Positions 41,601 through 56,839 of a stretch of 64,000 bases of DNA are shown here, in pieces. This DNA is from the human T2T-CHM13v2.0 reference genome, Homo sapiens. The translations under genes and the position numbers were made by a program. Each line of letters begins with the position of its first letter. Within the stretch, counting starts at the first letter, position 1. Location of the stretch: NCBI RefSeq assembly GCF_009914755.1, contig NC_060927.1; one strand, given 5' to 3'. The notes beneath the pieces are model-generated. The model was not told where the DNA came from. It was given only the letters and a program-made list of their open reading frames with translations, and ran no database searches.

Positions 41601-42431
41601 CGGTGGAGCTGGCCAGGTGGGAGAGGAGGGAGCCATGGTGAGGGGTGACTACAAAGTTCCTGGAGAGAAAAGCCACGTGACCGAGGTCTGAGGCAAGAAA
41701 GGACTAGAAGGCAAGGCCAGTAAGGTTCAGAGAAAGGGCTTATGTTCCAGAAGGTCTCCATAAATGCAGGGGAATTTGGAACAAAATGCTAAACAGAGAT
41801 TTAAAGGAGGAGGCACTTACTGGAGGTGTGAGGGCAGGGCTCTGGAGGAAGTGGGGAGGGCTGGCCTCCCAGTCGTGTGTCTTGGGACATCAGCGAGGGA
41901 GGGACAATCACACTTTAAGCCAGTTCCTTCAATACACCAGTTTTTATCATCATAACAGAAGCTACAGAAAAGAAAGTGGGCCAGCTCTCCAGAGTTGAGG
42001 GGCTGCCAGGAAGGCCAAGTGGCATGAGCCGGTGGATGGACTAGCACTGAGGAAAGATGAGAGTGAGATGTGTCCACTCGGTAACCCTCTACTCAGCACC
42101 TCCTTCATGCCGGGCCTTGCAGATGAACAGCAAATATGGTCTGCTCCATGCCTTGAACTCACTGCCTGGCAGGGGTCAGAGTTGTACAATCATATAATTA
42201 CAGCCTGCTCTCCAGCCTTCCTGGTCATCCAGTGTCAAATGAGGATATTTTTGGAGTCTAAGTCATCATATTGCACAATGTTTTCAGACCGCACCCTTCC
42301 CTCACCTGAGCTCATGGGTAAGGAATTCTCACAGTTAACTTCTAGACGTCTTTCTATGGACTGAGAGCCACTTGGTTGGCTGAATACAAAGGTGCTAAAT
42401 ATTTCTCAAAGGGGCACAAGAGAAACTGTGA

Positions 42432-42837
<406 letters not shown>

Positions 42838-42952
42838 AATATTTTTAAGTTCCAGCATGCTGAATTGGATAAGGCAGCCAGTCAGGCAAGGGCATAAATT
42901 CTGTTTTTTGTTATTGTTGTTGTTGTTTTCAGAAGGGATACCTATCTCTAAT

Positions 42953-43085
42953 CTTTTTTTTTTTTTAAGAGACAGAATTTCAACACGTTGCCCAGGCTGG
43001 TCTCAAACTCCTGGTCTCAAGGAATTTCCCGCCTCTGTCTTCTGAGTTTCTGGGGCTACAGATGTGTACCACGGAACCCAGCTGA
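42953..43085 (-). mobile_element. Alu monomer (FLAM-like)
   Basis: Poly-T then gagacagaatttcaacacgttgcccaggctggtctcaaactcc. Confidence 0.8.
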
Positions 43086-43239
43086 TTTCCCACCTTTGAT
43101 ATATTATGAGCAAACGATTAGGGAGAATTAATTATTCTCTTCCTCTTTACCCTAGGAAATGATGTTTACCCTAACCCAAAATGTAAGAATTTATCAGGAA
43201 AACACTACCTATAAAGAAGAAATCTGTCCTGCTTGGTGG

Positions 43240-43480
43240 TGTAAGGAGAACAATTGGATTTGGTCCATGTCAGAAGATTGCGGACCAAATCCCACTACTG
43301 CCAGCAGGGTCATTTGGAGAAAGATACTTTGTAACATTGGACCTCTGTTTCCTCATCTGTAAAATGGGAATAGTAAGAATAATAATACTTGTCTCACAGA
43401 TTGATGTGAAGGTAAAATGAGGTCATGTGTGCACAGAATCTAGTCCAGACCCTAGAACATACCTGGCACTCAATTAATAT
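43240..43480 (+). mobile_element. MIR
   Basis: ctctgtttcctcatctgtaaaatgggaata core. Confidence 0.75.
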
Positions 43481-46268
43481 GAGATAATTGTGCCATGCCT
43501 TAAGTATAAGATTTGTTATTACCGTAAACACTACAGCATGAATTTGCCTTGGTACTGCCAAATGGAGGTTTAAGTTCTGATTCCTGATGATGAAATACGG
43601 AGACTCTGGCCTGCTACGTTAAAAACAGCACTGATGGTAAAGGCTAACCCAAGACATGCTTTCTCTTTCTCAGGGTCCAGTCCGAGGAGGCTGGTGTTTA
43701 TACGACAGAATTTGCTTGCATAAAGCGGGTTAAGCCAGGTTCCCAGTGCAGCGGCTGACACCTGTGGCTTAGTGTTGCTCCGAGCCACCTGCAGAGCCAG
43801 TCTTGGAACCCAGCAGGTCCTCTGGGGGCAATATGTCTCTGTAGGTGCTCACGGCAGGCTCCAGGAGCTGGAGGTAACTGGTTGGCCAGAAAATCTACCC
43901 AAACCAGTACTGACTAACCGAGGCTGGCACAGATCCTTCTGCATAATAAGATATCCACAGGCCCCCGGGGTGGCTTCTGAGGTCCCTAGGGTCTCTATGA
44001 GAAAGATAGCAGAGGCGGGGCTGGAGATGAGGTGCTCTTAACCCAGGTTTTGCCCACAGTTGGTACAGTAGTGGGGGAGGGTTCAGTCTCCTCTTTTTTT
44101 GCCCCTTGCTTTTCCTCCCTTCTTTCTTCCTAACTGGGAGGAGACAGGATTGCACAAAGCGAGGCCCTAGTTTTGCTGAAGAGGGGTAAAAAGCCTGGGG
44201 GGAAAGATTGAAGCCCTGGTGACTTGAGGTCCCCTCCCTCTTCCTAAAAGCAGAGTGAATGATTCTGTGCAGGCAATAATAATAATACTTATTATAATGA
44301 TGCTGCGGGGGTCTCCCAGATCATGCAAGAGGGCAGGCAGGCTGAGCAGCTGGTCTCGGTTATGAAGATACAGAGGTGTTTCATGCTGGCTGGCACAAAC
44401 CTCTGCCCTGAGCCCCCACCCTAGGACCCCCAAGACTGCCCCAAGATCCAGCAAGCACAGGGTTAACATGAGTCATGGCAAGGGGCCTCCAGGACCTCTG
44501 CATCATCTCCAGGGGCTGGAGGCAGGGCAGGACAGGTAGGTAGGACCTTGGCCAGCCCCTTCCTCTTTGGTAAACTGAGGATAACACTATGGAAAGTGTT
44601 CATACATGCTCATGGTTCTGTTGCTCTTTCTATTTCAGTGCTCCTGCCCTCAATATTTTTTTCCCTTAACCTTTTCTAGACCCATAGGTTTCTTCCAAAT
44701 TCTGGGGCCGAACTGCCTCAACCATCCACCTCTGTTCTTAAGCCCATCAGCACCCACCACAAGGCGGACGCTGACATCCAAGAGGCAGCTCAGTTTAAAT
44801 TAAGAAGTTGAGTTATCATCTCTAACTAGAGCAAAAGCAACGGAGCAGAGAGGGCTCCCTGCAATGCAACTTCAGCACAGAGATTGTGAAAACCACCCGC
44901 AGGCGAAGGGAGGGCAGGGCAGCCAACTTGACCGTTTCTAACCCACTCACCCACCACCCTCCCCCTGTGCCAGGACTGCAGAACCTCTTTATTTTTGTTG
45001 ACTTCGAACTAGGACAACCTCACTACTTAACCAACAAAGCCCCCCAAGTCTGAGACTCAGACATTAAAAACTTCTATTTTCAATTATTTGTCTTCTTTCT
45101 GTATATTGATCAAATTACCACAAACCACTAATCTGTTAGAAATTAATCCAAGATTGAGCAATTCTACAGCCAGTTAAGTCAGAGTGGAGAATTAATGATT
45201 AATTAGCATCATAATGCTCAACAACCCCCCCACTTCCTCTAATGCGTATGCACGTACAGACACATTCTTTAAGAAATGTATTACCAGAACTGGTAGGAAC
45301 TCTTCTCAGCACGTTACCCACTTGAAAACACTAGAGAGAAACCATAGCCAGTCTGTGTAGCTGCCCTGAAGCTATGACTCTATGCCGGGTTTTAAAAGTC
45401 CATATCTCTGTGTTTTTAACGTGCAGCTCCCTGGATCATAGATACCTTGATGAAGACAGAGAAGAAATTTTACACCTGTGTGAGGGTTGGGTGATTACTG
45501 GAGCACAAAGAGAGACATAATCCAACCACACAATGATCCCTAGGAGACAAGAGGCCTACAAAACAGGTAAAATGTCCCTGGAACAGGAAATGTTCTTGTC
45601 ACCAGGCCAATTGGTTACCACAAATAAATTCTTTTTCCAAATAACACAAACAAGCAGGGTTTTCCTGCTTCATCCAAGAGGAGGGAGCAGCAGCAGGAGA
45701 CCAGCTGTCTTGTGTATAGTCCCAGTGTTTGCTTCTAATAGCAAGACAAATCCTTGATGGAAAATGTACAAAGTAATTGAGCTGGCAAGGAATCAGAAGG
45801 AAATACCCAGGCCCCTTTCTTCCTGGTGACACATGTATGCCATCTTCAGAAGCTCAGAAACAAGCAGGAAAAGTGAGCAAAGGTGAAGATATATGTATTA
45901 CTTCGGGTTTCTCATCCATCTAGGGGATTTTCCTTAATTGTCGGGTTTGATTTTAAATGAATGCCTGTACAACCGGAAATCAACTCCAGTACAAAAAATA
46001 AAGTCATGTGGAATTTTTGAAAATTGCCATACGGTAGGATCCATATCTGAGTTGTTATAATGAAAAAAGAATTCCTGCTTCTTAAATTTAAAAATTATAA
46101 AGTATACATTTTAGCTTTGTTAACATTGCTCAGCCTAACATTAAAACGGCAGGGGAAGTAGGTCATAGAGAAAGCGGCCCCGCCCCAGATGGCACATGAT
46201 AACGACCAGAGGAGAAGCAGGGGCCATGCTCCCCTGTCACCTGGGGTGACTTTCTGGGGAAGACTTAC

Positions 46269-46413
46269 TTGGGTGTGCCTGTGGGTTTCCAGTACCTGCA
46301 GAAGAGGTACTGTCCGTCTGCATTGACCAGGTGAGGGAGGTCCTGGTAGGGAATGCTCTGCGGGGTCCGCCTGGGGGAACTTTCCTCTGGCATGCTGGAA
46401 GGGTCTTCAGGTC
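46269..46413 (-). CDS. MGLL: MGLL exon 2 (145 nt): (G)[47 protein letters not shown](K). Internal ATG at 46393 starts the shorter isoform
   Basis: Reverse-complement translation. Acceptor ttccttctAG at 46414-46415, donor GTAAGT at 46268-46263. Confidence 0.98.
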
Positions 46414-46883
46414 CTAGAAGGAAAAGTGACATATTCCAAAGTCAGAAATATCTCAAGAACATGTATGGATAGGAGAGAAAAGTCTAGTTCAGAGTCAGTA
46501 ACATTTTTTTAAAAGCAGTTTAAAAAACCCCTCTGTTTCAAAGGTTTAAAACATACATACATTTCTTGCAAACCTCTCCAAGACTGAAAAATCCCATTTG
46601 TTCTTAAGAAAATGCTCACTTTATTTTTTAAGTGCCTCATTACAGTTTTTCCCCCTTCCCATCTGTGTTTATTTTAAATCATTTCAGGAAACTTCATCTT
46701 AAAGACTATTTTAGCTGTAATCAAGTGGAAATTATAGTCAGCTCTATGGGTACAAAGACCCAGCTGCAAGAAGACCCATCTATCTTAAAATCTCCAAGGA
46801 ACAGTTTCAAGTGGGCACAATAATGAGGTGGATGATACTCAGATTATTCCTCCCATCTGAAATTCCAAGGATACATGACAAAC

Positions 46884-46893
46884 CTGTTTCCAT
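46884..46893 (-). CDS. MGLL: MGLL exon 1 coding part, ATG GAA ACA G (M-E-T-G), for the 10-aa N-terminally extended isoform
   Basis: ATG in strong context (CATAATGG), donor GTTTGT at 46883-46878. Joins exon 2 in frame (G|GA = Gly) across a 470-nt intron, giving METGPEDPSS. Confidence 0.92.
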
Positions 46894-46949
46894 TATGTGC
46901 TGGCGTTTGCATTCCACAACCACGACAGCCTGGAGAATCAGAACCAGGC

Positions 46950-48150
46950 AAATCGGGCTGTTCCCTCATCTGGGCGGCCCCAAGGCAGCAGGAAGGCAGC
47001 TCCGAGCCCTCTTCCCGCACCCAGACCCTGCCTTTCGGGCTGGGGCGCTCAGCCGGGAGCCTGCTTCCAGCTCCCACCGGCAGGCTCTCCGGGGCTCCCC
47101 TCCCTCCCCAGGGCGGGGAGCGGCGCTGCGATTCTCCACTACTAGTTCATGTCATCACTTTTCCTAAACAAATCGCTAGAGGGGCTCGGAGAAGGGAGGG
47201 GCCCGGGAAACTGGGAAACTAGCTCCGCGCACACCGAGGCACCTCGCAGACGCACAAATGCGGGTGCCCAAGGCAAAGTCGCCCCCAAGGCTTCTCACAA
47301 ACTTTGCTTCCTGTGCGTCTCCGACAGCACAGGACACGTAGCCCCGAAGCTGTCATCGGAAATGCCGCTGGGAAAACCGGGTGGGCTTCGCCGGGTGTCT
47401 GCACCGGGGAAGGTGGGGACTAGAAAGATGGAGTTGATGGGGACAAGTTGGTTTGGGGGCTGGTGCGAAGGAGCAGGGAGGGCGCGCGCGCGCGCACACG
47501 CGCGCACACTCGGACACGCGCGCACACACACCGTGCACACACACACACGCACACATGGGTAGCGGGAGCCCACGCCGGGCGTGTCCGGGACCCCAGTGCT
47601 GCTCCCCACCCCTGACGGCGGCACTGGCGGGCTGGGGCAGGGGCCGGGAGGCAGTTACCGGGGCCACGAGCGCCGCTGTCGCGTTCCCCGAGCGCAGCGG
47701 ATCCTCGTTTGCGGCGGGCCAGGGCCGGGACGAGCTGCGCGCGACCGGCTTCGCGGCGACAGGGTGCGGCGTCTGCGCCGCCACTTTATCCCTGGGCCGG
47801 CTCGGCGGCGGGGGCGGCCCGAGGTGGGTGGGGACGCGCGGGACCCGGCGGGCGGCGGGCGGCGCGGGGAGGCGGCGCCCGGGGCCCACGTGTGCCCGGC
47901 CCGCGGGGAGGAGCGGGGGCGCCGCCCGCCGACCCAGCCACGCACTCCTCTCCTCCGCGCCTCGTGGACAGCCGCGCCCCGGGGTGGCCGCCCGAGGACT
48001 GTCAGGGAGGCCTGAACTGAGCTGGGTTCATGGGAGCCTCAGCGCGGGAGGACACACCACACCCACGGGCACACGCGCGCACACAGACCCACAGGCACCA
48101 CACGTACACAGACAACTCGCGCAGGGCCGCACACTCACCACACGTGTACA
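46950..48150. promoter_or_regulatory. MGLL: CpG island / MGLL promoter and 5' UTR region
   Basis: Very high GC and CpG density directly upstream of the first coding exon. Several GGGCGG boxes (47.8-47.9 kb) and a CACGTG E-box at 47887-47892. Confidence 0.9.
47659..47760 (-). other. MGLL: Candidate alternative non-coding first exon of MGLL
   Basis: Donor-like CCG|GTAACT at 47658 and TATA-like GATAAAG at 47790-47784, about 30 nt upstream of a plausible start. The TSS position is inferred. Confidence 0.5.
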
Positions 48151-48420
48151 CATGTGCACTCCCAAAGTCACTACACTGCACGCAGGGACATACAGACACA
48201 CATCCCAGAGATACCACATGCATACAGACACACACAGACCACACATGCATGCACACACACAAGCCGAGACATAGGCACAGACAACCCACAGAGACACAGA
48301 GGTGCACAGACATATGCAGACTATACACCTGGCCCCCACATAGACACAGACACACTCACATCATACACACACAGTCGCACACAGACACACTCACACTTCA
48401 TTGCAGTCAGACACATACAA
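48052..48420. repeat. Degenerate (CA)n-rich tract upstream of the promoter
   Basis: acacacagacac-type repeats over about 370 nt. Confidence 0.85.
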
Positions 48421-48431
48421 TGCTGGAGGGG

Positions 48432-48917
<486 letters not shown>

Positions 48918-49425
48918 TCACACTGACCTCAAGAGGCCTTCCTGTCTTTCTCCGCAAAAAATTCTACACCATAGCAGCGTTGAGGACTGTGTCTCAGCGT
49001 CACACTGTGTGTGTCCAAGGAGGCCCAAGTTGCTACAGAGCCTGTGGTCTAACTTGAGAAATAAAACAACAGCCTTTGAGCAGTGGCTTGAGTTGTAGGC
49101 ACTGCTGAGCGTGACTTACCCACTGTCTGGCCTCCAGCAGGCCACGAGGCCTGGAGCAGAGGAGTGGCTAAGTGACTTCTGGTCGGGGCAGCTCTACAGA
49201 ATCCATGCAAGAGAGGTTTAGGGGCGGCAGTCTCAGGGGCAGGAAGCTTGGGGGCTTCACTCAAAGCTGGACATGCTAAGTGCACCGGATTTCCGTTGGT
49301 TATAATTCATGGAAAGGAAGGGTGCTCGGGGGTCTGATGGACGCTTTTATCAAGGCATTATTTCAAATGTTCCTGGCTCTAACATTTTATGATTTAAAAT
49401 ACACAGCTTGAAAATTTGGAGGAGA

Positions 49426-49753
<328 letters not shown>

Positions 49754-50676
49754 TCAGTAGAAGTGACATTTGCAAACTTGAAGAGATCCCCCAAACTTGG
49801 TTATGGACAGAACTGAGACTGTGGTGTGTGGCCAGCCAACTGGGAATTTGGGAGTTAAGAGACAGATCGTATTGTTCTGTATCTGGCTTTTTCTTTTAAT
49901 TAAACTTATTCTGAGATAATTGTAGATTCGCATGCAGTTGTAACAAATAATAAAGAGAGATGCTATGTGCCCTTTACTCAGTTTCCTGCAATGGCAACTT
50001 CTCACAAACCACAGTAAATATCACAACAGGATACTGACACTGATAGAATATCTGTAGTCAAGCTACAGAACGTCTCTACCCCACAAAGTGGTATGCTTTT
50101 ATAGCCACATCCACTTCCCTCTCATCCTCACTCCCCTAGAACCCCTGGCAACTGCTAATTTGTTCTCCATTTCTAAAATTTTGTCATTTCAAGGATATTT
50201 TATGAATAGAATCATAAAGTACATAACCTCTAGGATTCACCTTTTCATTCAGCATAATTCCAGGTGGGTTGGGTGTAGCAGTCCACAGTATGGAAGTACC
50301 ACAGTGTGTCTAACAGGTCATCTGCTGAAGGATATCTGCGTTGTTTCCAGTGTTTGTTGATTAAGAATAAAGCTGCTGTAAACCTCCGTGTACATGTTTT
50401 TGTGTGAACCTAAGTCTTCATTCTCTGAGATGAGGGCCCAGGAGTGCAATTGCTGAGCTGTAGGGAAATTGCAAGTTTTTAAAGAGAATGCCAAAATGTT
50501 TTCCAGAGTGACTGTAGCATTTTACATTCCTACCAGCAGTGTAGGAGAGAACCAGTCTCTCAGCATTCATGTCAGCATGTAGTGTTGTCACCATTTTAAA
50601 AATTTTAGTCTTTCTGTTAAGTGTGTAGTGATGATATTTCACTGTGGTTTTTAATTTGCTTTTGCCTAATGGCTAA

Positions 50677-51364
<688 letters not shown>

Positions 51365-51813
51365 TGATCAGAAACAATTTATCAATTTTTTGTTTTATGG
51401 ATTATGCATTTGGTGTCAAGTCTAAGAACTCTGTGTAGTCCTACCTCAAGAGATTTTCTCCTGTGTTTTTCTCTAAAAGTTGTATAGATTTACATTTTAT
51501 GCTTAAGTCTGTAAGCTATTTTGAGTTACTTTTTGTCTGGAGTGTGAGATTTAGATCAAGGTTCATTTGTCTCTACATGTCCCATTGCTCCAGCACAGTT
51601 TGTTGAAAAGGCTGCCTTTCCTCCACTGAATTGCTTTTGCACTTTTGTAAAATTCAGCTGCCTGCTTGTACAGGTCTATTTCTGGGTTCTCTCTTTTGTT
51701 TCTTTGGTCTGTGTCTATTCCTCCACCAATACCACACAGTCTTGATTATTGAAGTTCTCTATAAATCTTGAAATTGAATAGGCTGGTTCCTCTCACTTTA
51801 TTCTTCATTTACA

Positions 51814-51817
<4 letters not shown>

Positions 51818-51856
<39 letters not shown>

Positions 51857-51976
51857 GTAGAGAAGGAATCTCTCCATGTTGCCCAGGCTGGTCTTGAACT
51901 CCCGGCCTTAAGCCACCCTCCCACTGTGACCTCCCAATGCACTGGGATTACAAATGTGAGCTACCACACTCAGTCT
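51818..51976 (-). mobile_element. Alu monomer (FLAM-like) with a long T tract, nested in L1
   Basis: About T38 then ggtagagaaggaatctctccatgttgcccagg, TSD tacaaga. Confidence 0.85.
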
Positions 51977-52703
51977 ACAAGATTCTTTGAACGATTCTAG
52001 TTCCTTCACCTTTCAATATAAATTTTAAAATAACCTTGTTTATATTCATTAAAAATTTTGCTGGGATTATGATAGGAATTGCATTAAACATGTATATTCT
52101 TCGAGAACTGACATTTTTACTATTAAGTCTTCCAATCCATGAACATGGGTATATATGTCCATTTATTTAGTTGTTCTTTGATTCCTTCATAAATGTTGTA
52201 TAGTTTTCAGCATACAAGTTCTATACACATTTGGTCAAATTTATACCTTTTTTAAAATAAGTAATTATAAATGTTAGGTATATTTAATTTCAGTTTCCAC
52301 ATGTTAATTTGTAGCATATAGAGGTAAAATTGATTTTTGTATGTTGATCTTGTATCCTGTAATCTTGTTGAACTCACTTATTAAATACAGATATAGGGTT
52401 CTTTTTTTTGGCATCTATTGTCTTCTGTAATCCAGGAGGGTTTGGGTTTTTGGTGTTTGGCTTTGTTTGTAGCTTACTTGGGGTTTTCTACATAGACCAT
52501 CATTATATTTGAAGGGAGTTTCTTGTAGACAACATATACTTATATCATTTTAAAAAATCCATTCTGCCAATGTCTGTTTTTTAGTTGGTATATTTAGACC
52601 ATTTACATTTAATGTAATTATCATATTGTTATGGTTTAAGTCTGCCATTTTATTTTTATTTCGGTTCTCTCATTTATTTTTTCTTTTTCTTTTCTTCTTC
52701 TAG

Positions 52704-53303
<600 letters not shown>

Positions 53304-55141
53304 AGGAACATTTTTAAATTCCAGTTTTATTTATTTATACTGTGTTTGAGTGAATCTCTTTGTATAGACTTTTTAGTGGTTGCTCTATGTACTGCATTTT
53401 ATGTATCACAGCTTACTGATGCCACTTTACTAGTTCTTATGCAATATAAAAACCTAACATCTTCTTATGTCCCTTTACTCTGCACCATTTATACTCTAAT
53501 TGCCTTAACTATTTTCTCTACATACTCTGAGATTCACATCAGATAGTATTAAAATTTTTGCTTCAATCATCAAATATAATTTAGAAAAGAGGAGAATAAA
53601 AGTCTATTTTATTTGCCCATAGTTTTGTTCACTGTGTTCTTTCTTCATGATAGTACAAGGTTTCTTCTTTTATCATTTCTTTTTGGTTTAGATATATTCC
53701 TTTAGCCATTCTTTGAGGATGGGTCTGCTGGCAACATTTTCTTAGTTTTGCTTTATCTGAGAATGTCTTGATTCCCCTTCATTCCTGAAGGATATTTTCA
53801 CTACATAAAGAATTCTGGATTAAAAATTATTTTCTTTCAGCATTTGAAAAATATCATACCATTACATTCTGGCCTTAATGCTATCTGATAAGATATCCAT
53901 TGTCATTCAAATTTTTTTTCCTTATAAGGAAATTACCTATAGGTAACATGTAATTTATCTTTCCCTGCTGTCAAGATTTTTTTCTTTGTCTTTAGTTTTC
54001 AGAAGTTTGACTATGATGTTTCTTGGTATGGGTTTCTTTGGGTATATTTTATTTGGAATTCATTCAGCTTTTTTATTTATAGTTTTTTTTTGTCTCCTGC
54101 CAAATTTGAGACATTTTCAGCCATTACTTATTTGAGTACTTTTTCAGCCTCATCCTCTTTTCTCTTCTCCTTTTGGACTCTGATGACATGAATATTTGAG
54201 CTTTTCTTATAGTTCCGTAGGTCCCTGAAGGCTCTGTTCATTTTGGTTTTTTTTTTGTGGGTTTTTTTTTTAAGCCTATTTTCTCTCTGTTATTCAGATG
54301 AGTCATTTCTATTGTCCTATGTTCCAGCTTATTGCACTGTTCCCTCTATTTCACCTTTGAGCTCATCCATTGAGCTTTTTATTTCAGTTATTGTATTTTT
54401 CAACTCTAAAATTTCCATTTGGTTCTTCTTTATATCTTCTATTTCTTTGCTAAGAATTTCTATCCCTTTGCCAAGACTTTTTATTTTTCATTTGTTTCAG
54501 GCATGTTTATAATTGCCTGTTGGAGAACTTTTATTGTGACTGCTTTAAAAATCTGTTTGTTTTCCTGTTGGTATATATTGTCTTCTCTAATCCAGTGTTA
54601 GATCTTTCTGGTTCTTGATAAGATAAATGATTTTCTATTGAAACTTGGTCATTTTTGTATTATGTCATCAGACTCTGGATCTGATTTAAACCTTTTGTTT
54701 TACCTGTGTTTCTCTAGAGTCACAAATGTATAAGGCAAAACAAAAAACCCAGGGAACTCACCACCATGTTGTTCCTCAGGTCCTGAGGTCCCCAGCAGGT
54801 TTGCCTTTTATCTCTTCCTTTCAGCATCCTCTTACGTTGGTTGTATACATAATGTCCAGGGTTTTTAGTCATATTTAGTGGGAAAAGTAGGGAAAAGCAC
54901 ATCCACTCCACCTTTGCAGATGTAGAAGTCTTGTATCTGGCTTTTTATTTCAGTAGGGAAATCAGTGGGCCACCAGGCCCCTACTTGCCTGTGTGTCCAC
55001 CTAGATCTCTAGGGCAGGATTATTCTAGATGCAGTGATCTCCAAGACAAGTGCTGGTTGTCAGGCTCTGCTCCTACAGCCTGCGATGAAAAGGTAAGGGT
55101 TGCAATTCAAGTAAAGGTGACGTCTTTCTGCCCCTACAAGT

Positions 55142-55559
55142 TGATATGGTTTGGATCTGTGTCCCCACCAAACCTCATTTTGAACTGTAATCCCCAATGT
55201 TGAAGGTGGGGCCTGGTGGGAGGTGAATGCATCATGGGAATGGATTTCTCATGAATGGTTTAGTGCCATCCCCCTTGGTATTGTCTTGGTAATAGTGAGT
55301 GAGTTCTCGTGAGATCTGGTTGTTTAAAAGTGTGTAGCACCTTTCCCTCTCTCTCTTGTTCCTACTCTGGCTGTGTAGGACGTGCCTGCTTTCCTTTCAC
55401 ATTTTGCCATGATTGAAAGTTTCCTGAGGCCTCCCAGAAGCAGAAGCCACTATGCTTCCTGTATAGCCTGCAGAATCATGAGCCAATTAAACCTTTTTTC
55501 TTTATAAATTACCCAGTCTCAGGTATTTCTTTATAGCAGCATGAGAATGGGCTAAAACA
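55142..55559 (+). mobile_element. MST (MSTA-like) MaLR solo LTR
   Basis: tgatatggtttggatctgtgtcccc...aaattacccagtctcaggtatttctttatagcag...ctaaaaca, with 5-bp TSD-like caagt/caaat. Confidence 0.9.
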
Positions 55560-56057
55560 CAAATGTTCTTGTGTGGCCTTCAGAGATGCTCTGAGGTTTG
55601 AGGAGAGTAGAACATACTGGAAATACCTGTGAAGAGAAAAGGAGAAAGAGCAAGCCGGGAGATAGTAAGAAGACCAAGAGTTTCTCTTATTAGCAGTTTT
55701 AGTGTATGTGATATTGCACAAGAATTTGGGTGGTTGTATACTTCAATTATAAACCACTTCTAATGGGAAAGGAGTGGAGGTTGGGAATGGAAATGGTACT
55801 GAAAATGAATGATAGAGGAAAAGCAAGACTGTACTATCAAACTTAAGGGGAAATAAAGTTGGGCAAAAATACCTAAGCCTCAGAAGCAAGCTCCACTGAC
55901 TAGTGGTGCTACTTCCTGGTGAGTTACTCTATTTTGCTAAGCCTGCCTCCTCACCTGAAACAGGGGAATGTGGATAGGAATACCCCCTCTAGGGCCTTGG
56001 TTAAGATGGACTGAACATCAGCATGGTGCCTGGTGGCTAGTCAGCTTGTATTAAGTC

Positions 56058-56630
56058 AGGGGTGGCAGCTTGGGGGCCTTCATGTTAAGTCTGACCCATT
56101 AAAAAGTATTTCTATATCTGAAATGGTTTTTTTAATGTGAGTTTTAAAAATTGGTGATTTCACATGCAAATCCAGATTCCTAGCTTTTCTCAAAGAGCAG
56201 AGGGATATGGTTACACTGGACTGTTAGTGTTGGATGATGGGTTGAGCATGAGGTGCCTGCAGGGGCAGATGGATTTGAGGATCTAGAGCTGAAGAAGAAG
56301 GTCAGACCGGAGACAGAGATGTGGGTGTTGGCCGGAAATGGCCCTTGCAGCTGTGGGGGAGAGTGTGCTGACCCAGGAGAGTGGGCAGGTAGAGGTGTGA
56401 CCTGGCAGCCTGCATACTGCACCTGGTCAGCAGGAGATTTGACCTGCACAGTGCTTTATTGATATTTGGTTGAATTAGTAGCCAATTTCTGAAAATCAGG
56501 GCATTTCACATAGCAATGCTGGTTGTGTAAAAGGCCAAAGGTCTGGCAATATGGGCTTCCATCTGGGCGGGCAGCAGCCTGCACTGAGGCTGGGGGGAGG
56601 CTGCCCCCTGCAGGTGGTGCATGCATTTGC
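56058..56630. mobile_element. hAT-Charlie relic(s), MER102-like
   Basis: gatttcacatgcaaatccagattcc...cttttctc and a second atttcacatagcaat copy. Confidence 0.45.
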
Positions 56631-56839
56631 CTATCGGCCCACTCTGCCTGGCCCACCTCCAAAAATGCTAACTCTCAGATTTCTGATTTATTTTACTGGG
56701 TGGAGCTTTTCTGAATTGTGAAACATGAAGGAAGAAGGGGAGGTTTTGATGGTGATGGGCAGAAGCATGATGTCCAATTCATTCAAGGCTTTCTGAGTTC
56801 TCCTTGGAACAGCTAAGTGGAGAGGCCTGATTGCCAATG

